Below, in pieces: positions 52,749 through 61,900 of a stretch of 64,000 nt of DNA; position 1 is the stretch's first letter, and the number at the start of each line of letters is the position of its first letter. The DNA is from Polyangiales bacterium. GTDB lineage: Bacteria; Myxococcota_A; Polyangia; Polyangiales; Ga0077539. Position numbers and translations under genes: made by a program. The stretch covers positions 1,056,001 to 1,120,000 of the forward strand of contig JBGARZ010000001.1 in the NCBI GenBank assembly GCA_044229975.1. The letters run 5' to 3'. The notes under the pieces are model-generated. The model was not told where the DNA came from, made no database searches, and saw only the letters and a program-made list of their open reading frames with translations.

Positions 52749-52918
52749 CGATTTCTTCGTCTCGTTATCACCGTTGTCGGGAGCGGGTCTCAGGTGTGCG
52801 GCCGGACGTTGCGGTCAGTGGTGAAGGTCACGCGATCGAGCCGTACCAGAGCTCGTCTCCAACACTCTCCGCGTGCCGGACGCACACCTGAAACCCGCAG
52901 GAATCCCGCGGCTGACAG

Positions 52919-52947
52919 ACATTATTGATATTGATACTTGATGTCAA
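52919..52947 (-). promoter_or_regulatory. Sigma70 promoter overlapped by a Fur-like box
   Basis: Minus strand TTGACA-17 bp-TAATGT. GATATTGATACTTGATGTC (52927-52945) matches the GATAATGATAATCATTATC consensus at 13/19, inside an AT-rich island. Confidence 0.75.
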
Positions 52948-52999
52948 TAACGGATATTTCGATGGGCGGGGTGACGAGGCACCGACGCTGTCCTGCCTG

Positions 53000-53230
53000 C
53001 TACGCCTTGCCGCGCACCGCCGGGAAAGACGTCGTCGCAGGCATCGCGTGCATGGAGCTGAGCGCCTCGCTGAGAACGACCCAGAGCCCCTCGGCGGAGC
53101 CTTCGTCGAGGCGCACGGAGACGGGGCCCATGTGCATGGTGATGCAGCCGCACTCCTCGCAGCGCTGGATGTGCGCGACGGAGTTTCGGGCGAGCGTTCG
53201 GTGGTGGCAGACCTTCATGGGGTTGGACAT
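53000..53230 (-). CDS. Small Cys/His-rich protein at the end of the heme operon
   Basis: ATG overlaps the hemS stop (TGATG). VCHH..CEECGCITMHMGPVSVRL. Confidence 0.65.
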   Translation of the reverse strand: MSNPMKVCHHRTLARNSVAHIQRCEECGCITMHMGPVSVRLDEGSAEGLWVVLSEALSSMHAMPATTSFPAVRGKA

Positions 53231-54297
53231 CAGAGACCTCCGAGGACGGGCAGCGAGTCGATGATGGCGCGCCACCCGGGCGGGTCTTCCTCACGACGGC
53301 CGCGCTTGCCGAAGATGAGGGCGACGTTGCGACCGCTCGCGTCGTAGAGCTCGAGGCTGGTCACGGTGCCCGCGTTGCAGGGCTTGCGAACCCGCCAGGC
53401 GCGCGCGACGAGCGAGTCGTGGACGTGCAGGTTGAAGGTCGGGTCGAGCACGTTGGTCCAGCCGTCGACGACGACGACCTTGCGCACGATGTCGCTGAAG
53501 ATCTGGAGCATCCCGTCGTTGCCGACGAAGACCATGATCTTCTCGCTCACGTCGCGCGCGGCCTCCAGCACGAGGCGCAGCGACCCGGCGTCGACGGGCT
53601 CGGCCCACGGCGCACCCACGCGGCGGAGCGACTCCTCGCGGTCGAGGTCGAAGTTCTTGAGCAGCCCGAAGAAGGCGTGCGGGTCGGGCATCTTCGACCA
53701 CGCGTCGCGCAGTGTCTCGCGGTCGACGTCACCCGACGCCGTCGAGGCGGGCGCGGGCTCGCGCGAGACCTCGATGGCGTCGACGCCGAGCGGGTTGGTG
53801 TGCGCGGTGACCAGCGCCTCGAAGGCGTCGGCGTGGGCCTCGTCGCGCTGGAAGATCTTGTGCACCGCGTCGCCGCGGCCGTCGAAGAACTGCAAGCTGC
53901 GCCGGGTCTTGCCCCGGAAGGGCTCGCGCACCGCGAGGCCGAAGGACCACGCGTGCAGGAAGATGCGGAGGTCGATGGGCTCGCCCGCGACCTGACCGGG
54001 GCCGTTCTCTCCCATGAACTCGGGCGCGCCGTAGGCCCCGATGATCTCGCTCACCACCGCCTCGTTGCGGGTGAGCGCCATCGACTCGCCCAGCGTCGGG
54101 AAGGCCGCGAACATCTCGCGCCACCTCTCGTCGAGGCGCGTGACGGTGGGCTGCGCGGCGACGAGCTCGCACTCCGAGACGCCGAGCGTGCGGGCCGCGT
54201 CGCGGGCGCGGAGGTGGGGATGCTGCGCGCGGAGGTCGGCGTAGCGTTCGCGGAGGGGCGTTGCCGGTGACGATGATGCGGTCGTGTCGAGGCTCAT
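53230..54297 (-). CDS. hemS: Hemin-degrading/trafficking factor HemS/HmuS/ChuS
   Basis: RARDAA..LGVSE.EL, MALTRNE, IDLRIF, SLQFFD..GDAVHKI, MVFVGN..QI, NVLDP.FNLH, TSLE. Confidence 0.93.
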   Translation of the reverse strand: MSLDTTASSSPATPLRERYADLRAQHPHLRARDAARTLGVSECELVAAQPTVTRLDERWREMFAAFPTLGESMALTRNEAVVSEIIGAYGAPEFMGENGPGQVAGEPIDLRIFLHAWSFGLAVREPFRGKTRRSLQFFDGRGDAVHKIFQRDEAHADAFEALVTAHTNPLGVDAIEVSREPAPASTASGDVDRETLRDAWSKMPDPHAFFGLLKNFDLDREESLRRVGAPWAEPVDAGSLRLVLEAARDVSEKIMVFVGNDGMLQIFSDIVRKVVVVDGWTNVLDPTFNLHVHDSLVARAWRVRKPCNAGTVTSLELYDASGRNVALIFGKRGRREEDPPGWRAIIDSLPVLGGL

Positions 54298-54324
54298 GCG
54301 TGTGACCTTCCTGGCTGGCGTTGG

Positions 54325-55098
54325 CTACGTGGGTACGGGCGCGGCGATGCGCGACGACGAGTGGGGCGCTTCGAGGAGCACGAAGGGGACACCAAATGCT
54401 GACTCGAGCGAGGCGGGCGTGAGCGCTTCGGTGCAGGGCCCGGCAGCGATGACGGCGCCGTCGCAGAGCAGCAGCGCGTCGTCAGCGTAGGCGAGCGCGA
54501 GGCTCACGTCGTGGAGCACCGCGATGACCGCGACCCCCTGGCGGGCACGCAGGCGCATGGCGGCGAGCAGGCGGTGCTGCGCGGCCGGGTCGAGGTTGGC
54601 GACGGGCTCGTCGAGCAGCAATAGCGCGCGGTCGACGCCGTCGATCTGGGTGAGCGCGCGGGCGGCCTGCACCCGTCGGCGCTCGCCTCCGGAGAGGCGC
54701 GACATGAGGCGCGACCCGAAGGCCGAGGCATCGGTCGCGGAGAGCGAGCGCTCGACGGCGCGGTCGGCGGCGGGGAGGCGCTGATCGCCGTGCGGCAGAC
54801 GACCAAGGCGCGCGAACTCGGCGGCCGTGAAGGGCCAGACGGTGGGCGGGTCTTGGAGCATCACGGCGCGGCGGCGGGCGAGCACGCGCGGCTCCCACGC
54901 GCGGAGGGCGACGTCGTCGAGGGAGACGGTTCCGCGGTTGGGGGCGCGGTCGCCCGCGAGGAGGCGGAGCAGCGTGCTCTTGCCCGCGCCGTTGGGGCCA
55001 AGCACCGCGAGCACGCGACCCTCGCGAGCCTCGACGGAGACGCCCCGCAGCACCGAGCGGCCCTCGCGGGTGAGGTGCAGGTCGTCGGCGACGATCAC
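54325..55098 (-). CDS. hmuV: Heme ABC transporter ATP-binding protein
   Basis: GPNGAGKST, LARRRAVM.Q, LSGGERRRVQ.AR.L.Q, LLLDEP, VLHD. Confidence 0.9.
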   Translation of the reverse strand: MIVADDLHLTREGRSVLRGVSVEAREGRVLAVLGPNGAGKSTLLRLLAGDRAPNRGTVSLDDVALRAWEPRVLARRRAVMLQDPPTVWPFTAAEFARLGRLPHGDQRLPAADRAVERSLSATDASAFGSRLMSRLSGGERRRVQAARALTQIDGVDRALLLLDEPVANLDPAAQHRLLAAMRLRARQGVAVIAVLHDVSLALAYADDALLLCDGAVIAAGPCTEALTPASLESAFGVPFVLLEAPHSSSRIAAPVPT

Positions 55099-56093
55099 GC
55101 GAGAATCTCCCTCGATCGGGTGCGCAGCAGCACGATGAGCGCGGGCGCACCGAAGGCCGCGGTGACCAGGCCGAGCGGGATCTCCGCGGGCGCCATCGCC
55201 GTGCGCGCGAGCCCGTCGCCCGCCACCACCATCACGGCGCCCATGGCGGCGGCCACGGGGAGGTAGGCGCGGTGCGACGGCCCGACGACGCCGCGCGCGA
55301 GGTGGGGGATCACCAGCCCGATGAAGCCGAGCACGCCCACGAAGGCCGTCGCCGCGCCGACGCCCAGAGCCGTCGCGACGACCAGGGCGAGGCGCTCGCG
55401 GCGGACGGCGATGCCGAGGTGCGCGGCGGCCTCGTCCCCGAGGGTGAGCGCGTCGAGCACGTCGGCCCGGCTGAGGAAGTACGCGATCGCGGCGACGAGC
55501 CAGGGGGACGCGGCCCACACCATCGGGCGGGTGACGCCGCCGAGGGAGCCGAGGTTCCACGAGGAGAGGGCGCGGAGCTGGGCGTCGTTGGCGACGTAGG
55601 TGATAGCCCCGATGGCCGCGCCCGCGAGCGCGTTGGCCGCGACGCCCGCGAGCACCAGCGACGCCACCGGCAGCGTGTCACCCACCGTCGCGACCCGCAG
55701 CACGAACAGTACGGTCACGAACGATCCCGCGAAGGCCACCGCCGGCAGCAGCCACACCGTCTCGCTGCCGCGAGCCAGCACGATGGCGATCGCAGCCGCG
55801 AGCGCCGCGCCGCTCGACACGCCGAGCAACCCGGGGTCGGCCAATGTGTTGCGCAGCAAGCCCTGGAGCACCGCGCCGCTCGTCGCCAGCGTCGCCCCGA
55901 CCAGGGTGCCCAGGACCACCCGCGGCCAGCGCAGCGAGAGCACCGCCTCGACGCTCGGGTCACCATGACCCGTCAGGCAGAGGAGGAGCTCGGTCACGCG
56001 GATGTCCGTCGCGCCCACGCCGAGCGCACACACCGCGGTGACGAGCACCACGGTGAGGGCGATCCACGGGGACACGCGGACGACCGACTTCAT
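55095..56093 (-). CDS. hmuU: Heme ABC transporter permease (FecCD family)
   Basis: LRWPRV, GA.LA.SG..LQGLLRN.LADPGLLGVSSGA, LGSLG, GFIGLVIPH, EIPLG. Confidence 0.9.
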   Translation of the reverse strand: MKSVVRVSPWIALTVVLVTAVCALGVGATDIRVTELLLCLTGHGDPSVEAVLSLRWPRVVLGTLVGATLATSGAVLQGLLRNTLADPGLLGVSSGAALAAAIAIVLARGSETVWLLPAVAFAGSFVTVLFVLRVATVGDTLPVASLVLAGVAANALAGAAIGAITYVANDAQLRALSSWNLGSLGGVTRPMVWAASPWLVAAIAYFLSRADVLDALTLGDEAAAHLGIAVRRERLALVVATALGVGAATAFVGVLGFIGLVIPHLARGVVGPSHRAYLPVAAAMGAVMVVAGDGLARTAMAPAEIPLGLVTAAFGAPALIVLLRTRSREILA

Positions 56094-56992
56094 GCAGTCA
56101 CCGCGGCGTGGAGGCGCGTGGCCAGGGAGGACACCGCCGTACCGGTGCGAGGGCCGAAGCCCAGGAGCAGCAGGTCTTCCATCGCCACGATGCGACCCGG
56201 CCGCGCGCACGCGGTCTGCGCCACGCCGGGCAGCGCGGCGATGGCGGCGGGACCACCCATCGCACCGAGCCCACGCTCCGTCACGAGCAGCACATCGGGC
56301 GCCGCGCTCACGAGGCTCTCCGCGGTGAGCGGCCGGTAGCCCGCCCACCGCGAGCGCATCGGGTTCTCTCCGCCCGCGAGGGAGATCATCGCGTCGGCGG
56401 CGGTGTCACGGCCCGCCACCTGCGGCGCACCCGGGCCGCGCGCGTAGAGAAACAACACCTTCGGACGCGCGCCCGTGGGCGTCGTCACCCGAGCGAGCTC
56501 CGCGTCGAGCGTACGAAGCAACGCGTCACCCTGTGGGATGCGGTCGAGCACCGTGGCGATGCGGCGAATGCGCTGCCGGGCCTGGTCGAGCCCAGGCGTT
56601 CCCTCCACCACGAACACCGGAACCCCCGCGCCACGAAGCTGCGTGAGCGTTGCCGGTGGTCCCACCTCGGTCGTCGTGATGACCAGCGACGGTCGCAGCG
56701 AGAGAACGCCCTCGGCCGCGAGCTGCCGCACATAGCCCACTTGTGGAAGATGCGTGACGGCCTCGGGGAAGGTGCTCGATGCATCCACCGCGACGACGTG
56801 CGGGAGCTCGCCGAGCGCCGCGACGATCTCCGTCACGACGCCCCCGACGGTCACGATGCGGGCGCGGTTGGCGATGTCGACCGAGGCGTCGGTGGCGTCG
56901 CGCATCGTCGTCGCCGCGGCGGGAGCGGGGGCGCGCTTGCACGCGGCGAGAGCGCCCGAGGCGGCGAGGACGAGCCAGTGGCGGCGGTTCAT
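56090..56992 (-). CDS. hmuT: Heme ABC transporter substrate-binding lipoprotein
   Basis: RIVTVGG.VTEIV.ALG, VDASS, VGYVRQLAAEGVLSL.P (heme-ligating Tyr), LLGFGPR. Tat-like lipoprotein signal MNRR..LAAC. Confidence 0.9.
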   Translation of the reverse strand: MNRRHWLVLAASGALAACKRAPAPAAATTMRDATDASVDIANRARIVTVGGVVTEIVAALGELPHVVAVDASSTFPEAVTHLPQVGYVRQLAAEGVLSLRPSLVITTTEVGPPATLTQLRGAGVPVFVVEGTPGLDQARQRIRRIATVLDRIPQGDALLRTLDAELARVTTPTGARPKVLFLYARGPGAPQVAGRDTAADAMISLAGGENPMRSRWAGYRPLTAESLVSAAPDVLLVTERGLGAMGGPAAIAALPGVAQTACARPGRIVAMEDLLLLGFGPRTGTAVSSLATRLHAAVTA

Positions 56993-57669
56993 CACTGGGC
57001 ACCACCGTCGGGGGTCGCGATCTCCTGCCAGCGGAAGCTGACGAAGCCCGAAGTGCCCGCCATGTCGTAGTAGCCGGTGAGCTTCAGCTTGAAGACGCGG
57101 CGCTCGGTGGTCCGCACGACATAGACCAGGTCTCGCGGGGAGAGCGAGTGGTCCATCACGTTGTAGGCGTACCAGGTGTCCTGCTGGTCGAAGACATAGT
57201 CCGGGTCGGTGTTGCCGTCGGCGCCGTCCGCCACGTCCGTGAGCCAGCCCGACGTCGGAACCGTCGTCACACCATCGAAGGTGACGCCCGCGAGACGCGC
57301 GATCTCCACGCCGCCCGTGCCGCTCACGCCGCCGTTGGACTTGATCTTGAAGCGCTGGAGCTGGAGGTCCCATCCCTCCATCGCGACGCCCGCCATCTCG
57401 CCGCGGTCGAGGTCGACATAGACCCACTGATCAGAGGCCGTCGCGTCGACACGCGTGACGAGCGCGGCGCCGTCGCGGGTGTGGGTGAGGCGCTCGTTGT
57501 TGGCGCTGCTCCCGCCGGGACGATCGACGACGGGCATCGCACCGCCATCACCGAGCTCGGCGGGTCGGATGTCGGGCGAGCAGGCCGCCGCGCAGGCGAG
57601 AACGGCGACGGGGAGGAGCGTGCGAGAGAGCATCGGGGCGGTTCTCCAGTGGGTGACGGACGGGGTCAT
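56992..57669 (-). CDS. hmuY: HmuY family heme-binding lipoprotein
   Basis: VDAT..WVYVDL, WDL..QRF.I.SNGGVSG.G, WYAY, YVVRT..KL...YY..GTSG. Alternative start at 57633. Confidence 0.88.
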   Translation of the reverse strand: MTPSVTHWRTAPMLSRTLLPVAVLACAAACSPDIRPAELGDGGAMPVVDRPGGSSANNERLTHTRDGAALVTRVDATASDQWVYVDLDRGEMAGVAMEGWDLQLQRFKIKSNGGVSGTGGVEIARLAGVTFDGVTTVPTSGWLTDVADGADGNTDPDYVFDQQDTWYAYNVMDHSLSPRDLVYVVRTTERRVFKLKLTGYYDMAGTSGFVSFRWQEIATPDGGAQ

Positions 57670-60600
57670 CGGCGGATGGTCACGCCGAGGTAGGCGACGC
57701 GCGGAGGCACCAGCAGGAAGCGCGGATCACCCGCGTCGAGGACGTTGTCGCAGGCGACGAAGACCTGGGCCTGGCGGTTCCAATTCCAGGCGGCGCGCAC
57801 GTCAACCGAGGCGTAGGGGACGGCCATCTCGGGACCCGTCACCGGGTAGAACTGCCGTGGCCCGACGATGGCCGCGCGCGACGAGAACTCCAGCCCGGTG
57901 CCCGCGTGACGGAGCTGCATCCCGAGGTTGACCCGGTGCATCGCGCGGCCTTCGAGCGGTCGCGCGTTGGTGAGGTCGCGCGTCGCCATCAGCGTGTACC
58001 CGACATCGAACACGACGCCGGTGCGCGGGCGGATGCGAGCGCTGAGCTCGGCGCCCATGGTCCAGGCCGAGGAGATGTTGCGGTAGGTGTAGCGCTGCGC
58101 CTCGGCGGGGTTGTCGCGAGGCACCAGCACCGTGTCGATGAGGTCGTCGATGTCGTTGCGGAAGAGGTTGGTGGTGAGCCAGAGCCAGTTCTTGGGACGC
58201 CACTCGACGCTGAGGTTGACCGAGCGCGACGTCTCGGCGCGAAGCCCGGGGTTGCCCTCGACGACGTACCCGACGCCCGGGTTCTCGAAGTGCAGCAGCA
58301 GCTCCTGAAACGACGGTGCGCGGAAGCCCCACCCGTAGCTGGCGCGCAACGCAACCGTGCGATGCGGATCGAAGCGCACCTGGAGCTTCGGCGTGGGCGC
58401 GGCGCCAAACTGCGAGTCGACGTCGAGGCGCACGCCGGGAACGACGACGAGGCGCGGGAGCGCTCCGCGGATGGTCCACTGGTCTTGCACGAAGACGGCG
58501 CCGCGCTGGCGATCGCCCTGGCCCGAGCCGAGACGGTCGGCGGCGAGGCTCTCGTAGTACCCCTCGGTGCCCACGGTGAGCAGTTGCCCGCGGCCGAGGT
58601 CGTGGTCGACCTGCAACGAGAGCTGCCCGATGCGGTTGCGCGTCTCCTGAAACTGGTCGAGCGCCGTAGAGCCACGCTGATCGAGCGAGTACTGGTCGCG
58701 GTACGAGGTGAAGTACGCCCCGGCGCGCACGCGTGAGGTGAGCTGCGGCCCGAAGCGGTACTCCGGCGCGACGGAGACCGAGAAGGTCTCGGTGAGGTTC
58801 TGGCGGTCATAGACTGCCCCCCCTGCCCCGCCGTCGACGCCCTGCTGATGGCGCATCAGCCAGTCGCCGTTGACCACCAGCGAGAACGACGGCCGCGGGC
58901 GCCACTCGAAGCGACCGGCGGCGGTTCCGCTGTTGTAGGTGCTGCCGTTGGTCGCGACGTTGGAGGGGTCGAGGTCGAAGGCGTCGCGGTGCCGGTAGCC
59001 CGCGGTGACGCTCGCGCTGATCGGCCCGCGCAGCATCGCGCCGCGCACGGAGCTGTCGATGGTGTTGAGCATCCCGTAGCGGGCATGCACTTCGCCGTCC
59101 CACGGGAGCACCGGGCGACGCGTGATGACGTTGACCACGCCACCAATGGCGTCGGCGCCGTAGAGGGCCGAGCTCGGGCCGCGCACGATCTCGATGCGCT
59201 GGATGTCGCCGACGGGGATGCGCGAGAGATCGACGGCACCGTTGACGCGGCCGCCCATGCGCTCGCCGTTGATGAGGATGAGCACGTACTGCGGGTCGAG
59301 GCCCTGGATGCGGAGGTTGGCCCCGGAGATGTTGGAGCGGTTGACGTCCATGCCGGGGTGCTCTTCGAGGACGCCTGCGAGGTCTTCGGCGCCGGAGGCT
59401 TCGATGTCCTGACGGGTGATGACCTCGGTGATGACGGGGTTGTCGGCGAGGCGTCGCTCGGTGCGCGTCCCGGTGACCACGAACTCCGGCACGTCGGGAT
59501 CGGCGGGCGGAGCGGTGGTGCGGGGCTGCGCGCTCGCAGCCGTCGACGCGAGGCCGATCGCGAGGGCCGCGCGACAAACACGCCGACGGGAGAGCACCAC
59601 GAGCGCGAGGAGCAGCAGCGCTAGCGACAAGGGTGACGACGTCGACGCGGCACGACAGGAGCACCCCGACGGAGCGTCCATCGTTGGAGGAGTGACGGTC
59701 CCGACGTCGGCTGTGCTGCCGCCATCAGTGGGAGCGCCACCATCCGCCGAAGCACCCGCATCGACGACCTCGACGCCGCACTCCGCCGCGGTGCCCGCGC
59801 AGATCGAGAGCTGGCTGCTCCCGCCAGCGGTGCGCGTGTTGACCAGCGCGAAGATCACCTCGGATGCGCCGCGCGCGTCGATCTCCAGCGCGCCACTTCC
59901 GGGCGTCAGCGTGCGCGGATCATCGAGCCGTCCGTCCCGTCGGGTCGTCGCAAGAACACGAACTCCATCGAAGGGATCGGTCTCCCCACCGCTCGCATCG
60001 GCGAGCACGAGGCGCACCTGCTCGCGCCCCTCGGTGGGCAGTCGGTAGTACCGCGCCGACGCGCGAAAGAGCCGCGTGCGATCGGTGCGAAATGGCAGCG
60101 CACCGACGGTGGCCTGCACCCGGTTCATGCGGGCGCCTTCGACCCACCCGCGGGCCGGGTCGGCGTCGCGCGCGGTGAAGAGGTTGGCGCTCGCGAAGGC
60201 GGTGAAGACCTCCGCGAAGTCACCGCGCGAGCTCTCCCGAAGAAGCGTGTCGAGGGTGGTGGTCCAGAGCTCGTCGGCGGGTGCGAGGGCGCGACGCTCC
60301 CAGAGGGTTCGCACCACGTCGTCGCCGTGCCGACGCGAGAGCAGATCGAAGAAGATCCCTGCGCCGTAGGAGAACCCGTCGGGCGGCCCGGCCGGGTCTT
60401 GATCGAGCGGGCGCTCGGGCGAGGCGAGGTATCCGGCGGAGGCGCGTTCGAGGTCGTCGAGGTTGGCGTCGAAGCGCTCGGTGGCCCAGGTCGCGGTGGC
60501 CTCCGAGAGCACGATGCCCTGGCGGGAGTCGTACGCAGCCTGAACGAGATGAAAGAACTCGTGGCTCGCCAGCGTGCGGACGCCCTCTTCGTAGGAGGCG

Positions 60601-60965
60601 TAGCGGTACCCGGCGAAGTCGTTCTCCTGCACGAGGTAGCCGGTGCAGCGAGAGGGCCGGCCGGCGGTGCAGTTCTCGCGGCGGTAGGCGCCGTCGGCTC
60701 TCCCCGCGAAGTCCACGAGGTACACGTCGATGCGGTCGTCGCCGCCGCGATCGGTGCCGGCGCGCGTGAAGTGCACCGCGACCGCGCCGCCCGGCGAGAC
60801 GATGCGCTCGACGGTGTCGCCCGGATCGAAGCGCGGAAGCTCGCTCGCGTCGGGCGCATCGGGACGAATCTCCGCGACGTGGACGGCCGTCGCGGGCACG
60901 TCGCCGAGACACCCCACAGCGCCCAGCGCGACCACCATCCCGTGCATGTGCGAGCGCCCGCGCAC
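57666..60965 (-). CDS. In-frame fusion of a MXAN_6640-like HExxH metalloprotease (with MYXO-CTERM) and a TonB-dependent heme receptor (receptor part ~57666-59600)
   Basis: Lipobox AVGC, DVYLVDF, ENDF, SHEFFHLVQ, EATA.W, then GCSC..TM..RRR, then VVTGTRTE, LILINGER, IQRIEIVRGPSSALYGADAIGGVVNVIT, GFRAPSFQEL, GNPGL.AE, DNVLD. No stop between the two parts. Confidence 0.85.
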   Translation of the reverse strand: MRGRSHMHGMVVALGAVGCLGDVPATAVHVAEIRPDAPDASELPRFDPGDTVERIVSPGGAVAVHFTRAGTDRGGDDRIDVYLVDFAGRADGAYRRENCTAGRPSRCTGYLVQENDFAGYRYASYEEGVRTLASHEFFHLVQAAYDSRQGIVLSEATATWATERFDANLDDLERASAGYLASPERPLDQDPAGPPDGFSYGAGIFFDLLSRRHGDDVVRTLWERRALAPADELWTTTLDTLLRESSRGDFAEVFTAFASANLFTARDADPARGWVEGARMNRVQATVGALPFRTDRTRLFRASARYYRLPTEGREQVRLVLADASGGETDPFDGVRVLATTRRDGRLDDPRTLTPGSGALEIDARGASEVIFALVNTRTAGGSSQLSICAGTAAECGVEVVDAGASADGGAPTDGGSTADVGTVTPPTMDAPSGCSCRAASTSSPLSLALLLLALVVLSRRRVCRAALAIGLASTAASAQPRTTAPPADPDVPEFVVTGTRTERRLADNPVITEVITRQDIEASGAEDLAGVLEEHPGMDVNRSNISGANLRIQGLDPQYVLILINGERMGGRVNGAVDLSRIPVGDIQRIEIVRGPSSALYGADAIGGVVNVITRRPVLPWDGEVHARYGMLNTIDSSVRGAMLRGPISASVTAGYRHRDAFDLDPSNVATNGSTYNSGTAAGRFEWRPRPSFSLVVNGDWLMRHQQGVDGGAGGAVYDRQNLTETFSVSVAPEYRFGPQLTSRVRAGAYFTSYRDQYSLDQRGSTALDQFQETRNRIGQLSLQVDHDLGRGQLLTVGTEGYYESLAADRLGSGQGDRQRGAVFVQDQWTIRGALPRLVVVPGVRLDVDSQFGAAPTPKLQVRFDPHRTVALRASYGWGFRAPSFQELLLHFENPGVGYVVEGNPGLRAETSRSVNLSVEWRPKNWLWLTTNLFRNDIDDLIDTVLVPRDNPAEAQRYTYRNISSAWTMGAELSARIRPRTGVVFDVGYTLMATRDLTNARPLEGRAMHRVNLGMQLRHAGTGLEFSSRAAIVGPRQFYPVTGPEMAVPYASVDVRAAWNWNRQAQVFVACDNVLDAGDPRFLLVPPRVAYLGVTIRR

Positions 60966-60973
60966 CGGTCTGC

Positions 60974-61837
60974 TCAGGACGCCAGAAACGACCAGCGCAG
61001 CCGCACGTTGCCCGCCCCGTTGGGCGTCGGAACCATCCCGGTCGCGTTGCAGGTCTCCTGCGCCGCGGTGTCGTAGTACGAGAGCACCTGTAGCTTCACG
61101 GCGCGGCCATCGCGCAGGCGCACCGCGAAGACGTTGCCGCTCATCTCCACGCACGAGCGGTACGACCAGAAGCTCGACAGCGCGGTGCCCGGTGCGCCGA
61201 TGCCCGAGCCGTCGCCCACGAGCTCGCAGCGATCGGTGAAGTAGGCCTCGGCGCGGTACTCCGCGCCCTCCGGTGCGCGCGTGATCGCAGCGAAGTCGGT
61301 GCCCGGCGCGGTGCGGGCCGCGGTCACACACGAGGGGCCGCCGACGCCGCTGTTGAGGCGGATGACGTAGCGGCGGATGGCGATGTCCCACTCCATCGAA
61401 CCGAACGCAGCCTCGTCGCTGATGTCGACCTTCTGGAGACCCGCGTCGGTGAAGCGCGCGTAGATGAAGCTCTGCGTGGACATCGCCCCGCCCGCCCGCG
61501 CATCGACCAGCGAGCGAAACACCCCGCCCTCGCTGCCCTCGGCGGTGATGGTCGCCGGGTTCACCGTCTCGAAGAGCCGGAGCTGCATCACCTGCTGGTC
61601 GGTGCAGCGCACCGCCGATGCCGCGCATCGCGCGCCACCGCCCTGGACGTCCGCCGTCGGCGCGTCGCTCCCGGGTGCGCCCGCGTCGACGGCGACACCC
61701 GCATCGACCGCCACACCGACGTCGGTCGCCGCGTCTCCGATCGTGGTCTGGAGGACGCCACCACCGCTCGCGCCGCACCCGGCGCCGACGAGCCCAAGGA
61801 CCAGGGGAAGCAGCTTCTTCGATCGAGCGAGATGCAT
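60974..61837 (-). CDS. hmuY: Second HmuY family lipoprotein
   Basis: Lipobox GAGC, VDARAGG, WDIAIRRYVIRLNSGVGGPSC, FWSY, VKLQVLSYY. RBS GGAG. Confidence 0.8.
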   Translation of the reverse strand: MHLARSKKLLPLVLGLVGAGCGASGGGVLQTTIGDAATDVGVAVDAGVAVDAGAPGSDAPTADVQGGGARCAASAVRCTDQQVMQLRLFETVNPATITAEGSEGGVFRSLVDARAGGAMSTQSFIYARFTDAGLQKVDISDEAAFGSMEWDIAIRRYVIRLNSGVGGPSCVTAARTAPGTDFAAITRAPEGAEYRAEAYFTDRCELVGDGSGIGAPGTALSSFWSYRSCVEMSGNVFAVRLRDGRAVKLQVLSYYDTAAQETCNATGMVPTPNGAGNVRLRWSFLAS

Positions 61838-61881
61838 CGGGACTTCTCCAAACGAGGTGGTGTCGGTTGCCGCAAGAAGTA

Positions 61882-61900
61882 GATAATGAAAAACGTTATC
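61882..61900. promoter_or_regulatory. Fur box upstream of the heme-uptake operon
   Basis: GATAATGAAAAACGTTATC matches the consensus at 16/19. A minus-strand TTGACC lies at 61903-61908. Confidence 0.85.

Noticed and set aside
60966..61778. N-terminal extension of the 1370-aa ORF
   Set aside because: It overlaps the HmuY gene in another frame and has low-complexity Arg/Gly composition. The real start is near 60947-60965.
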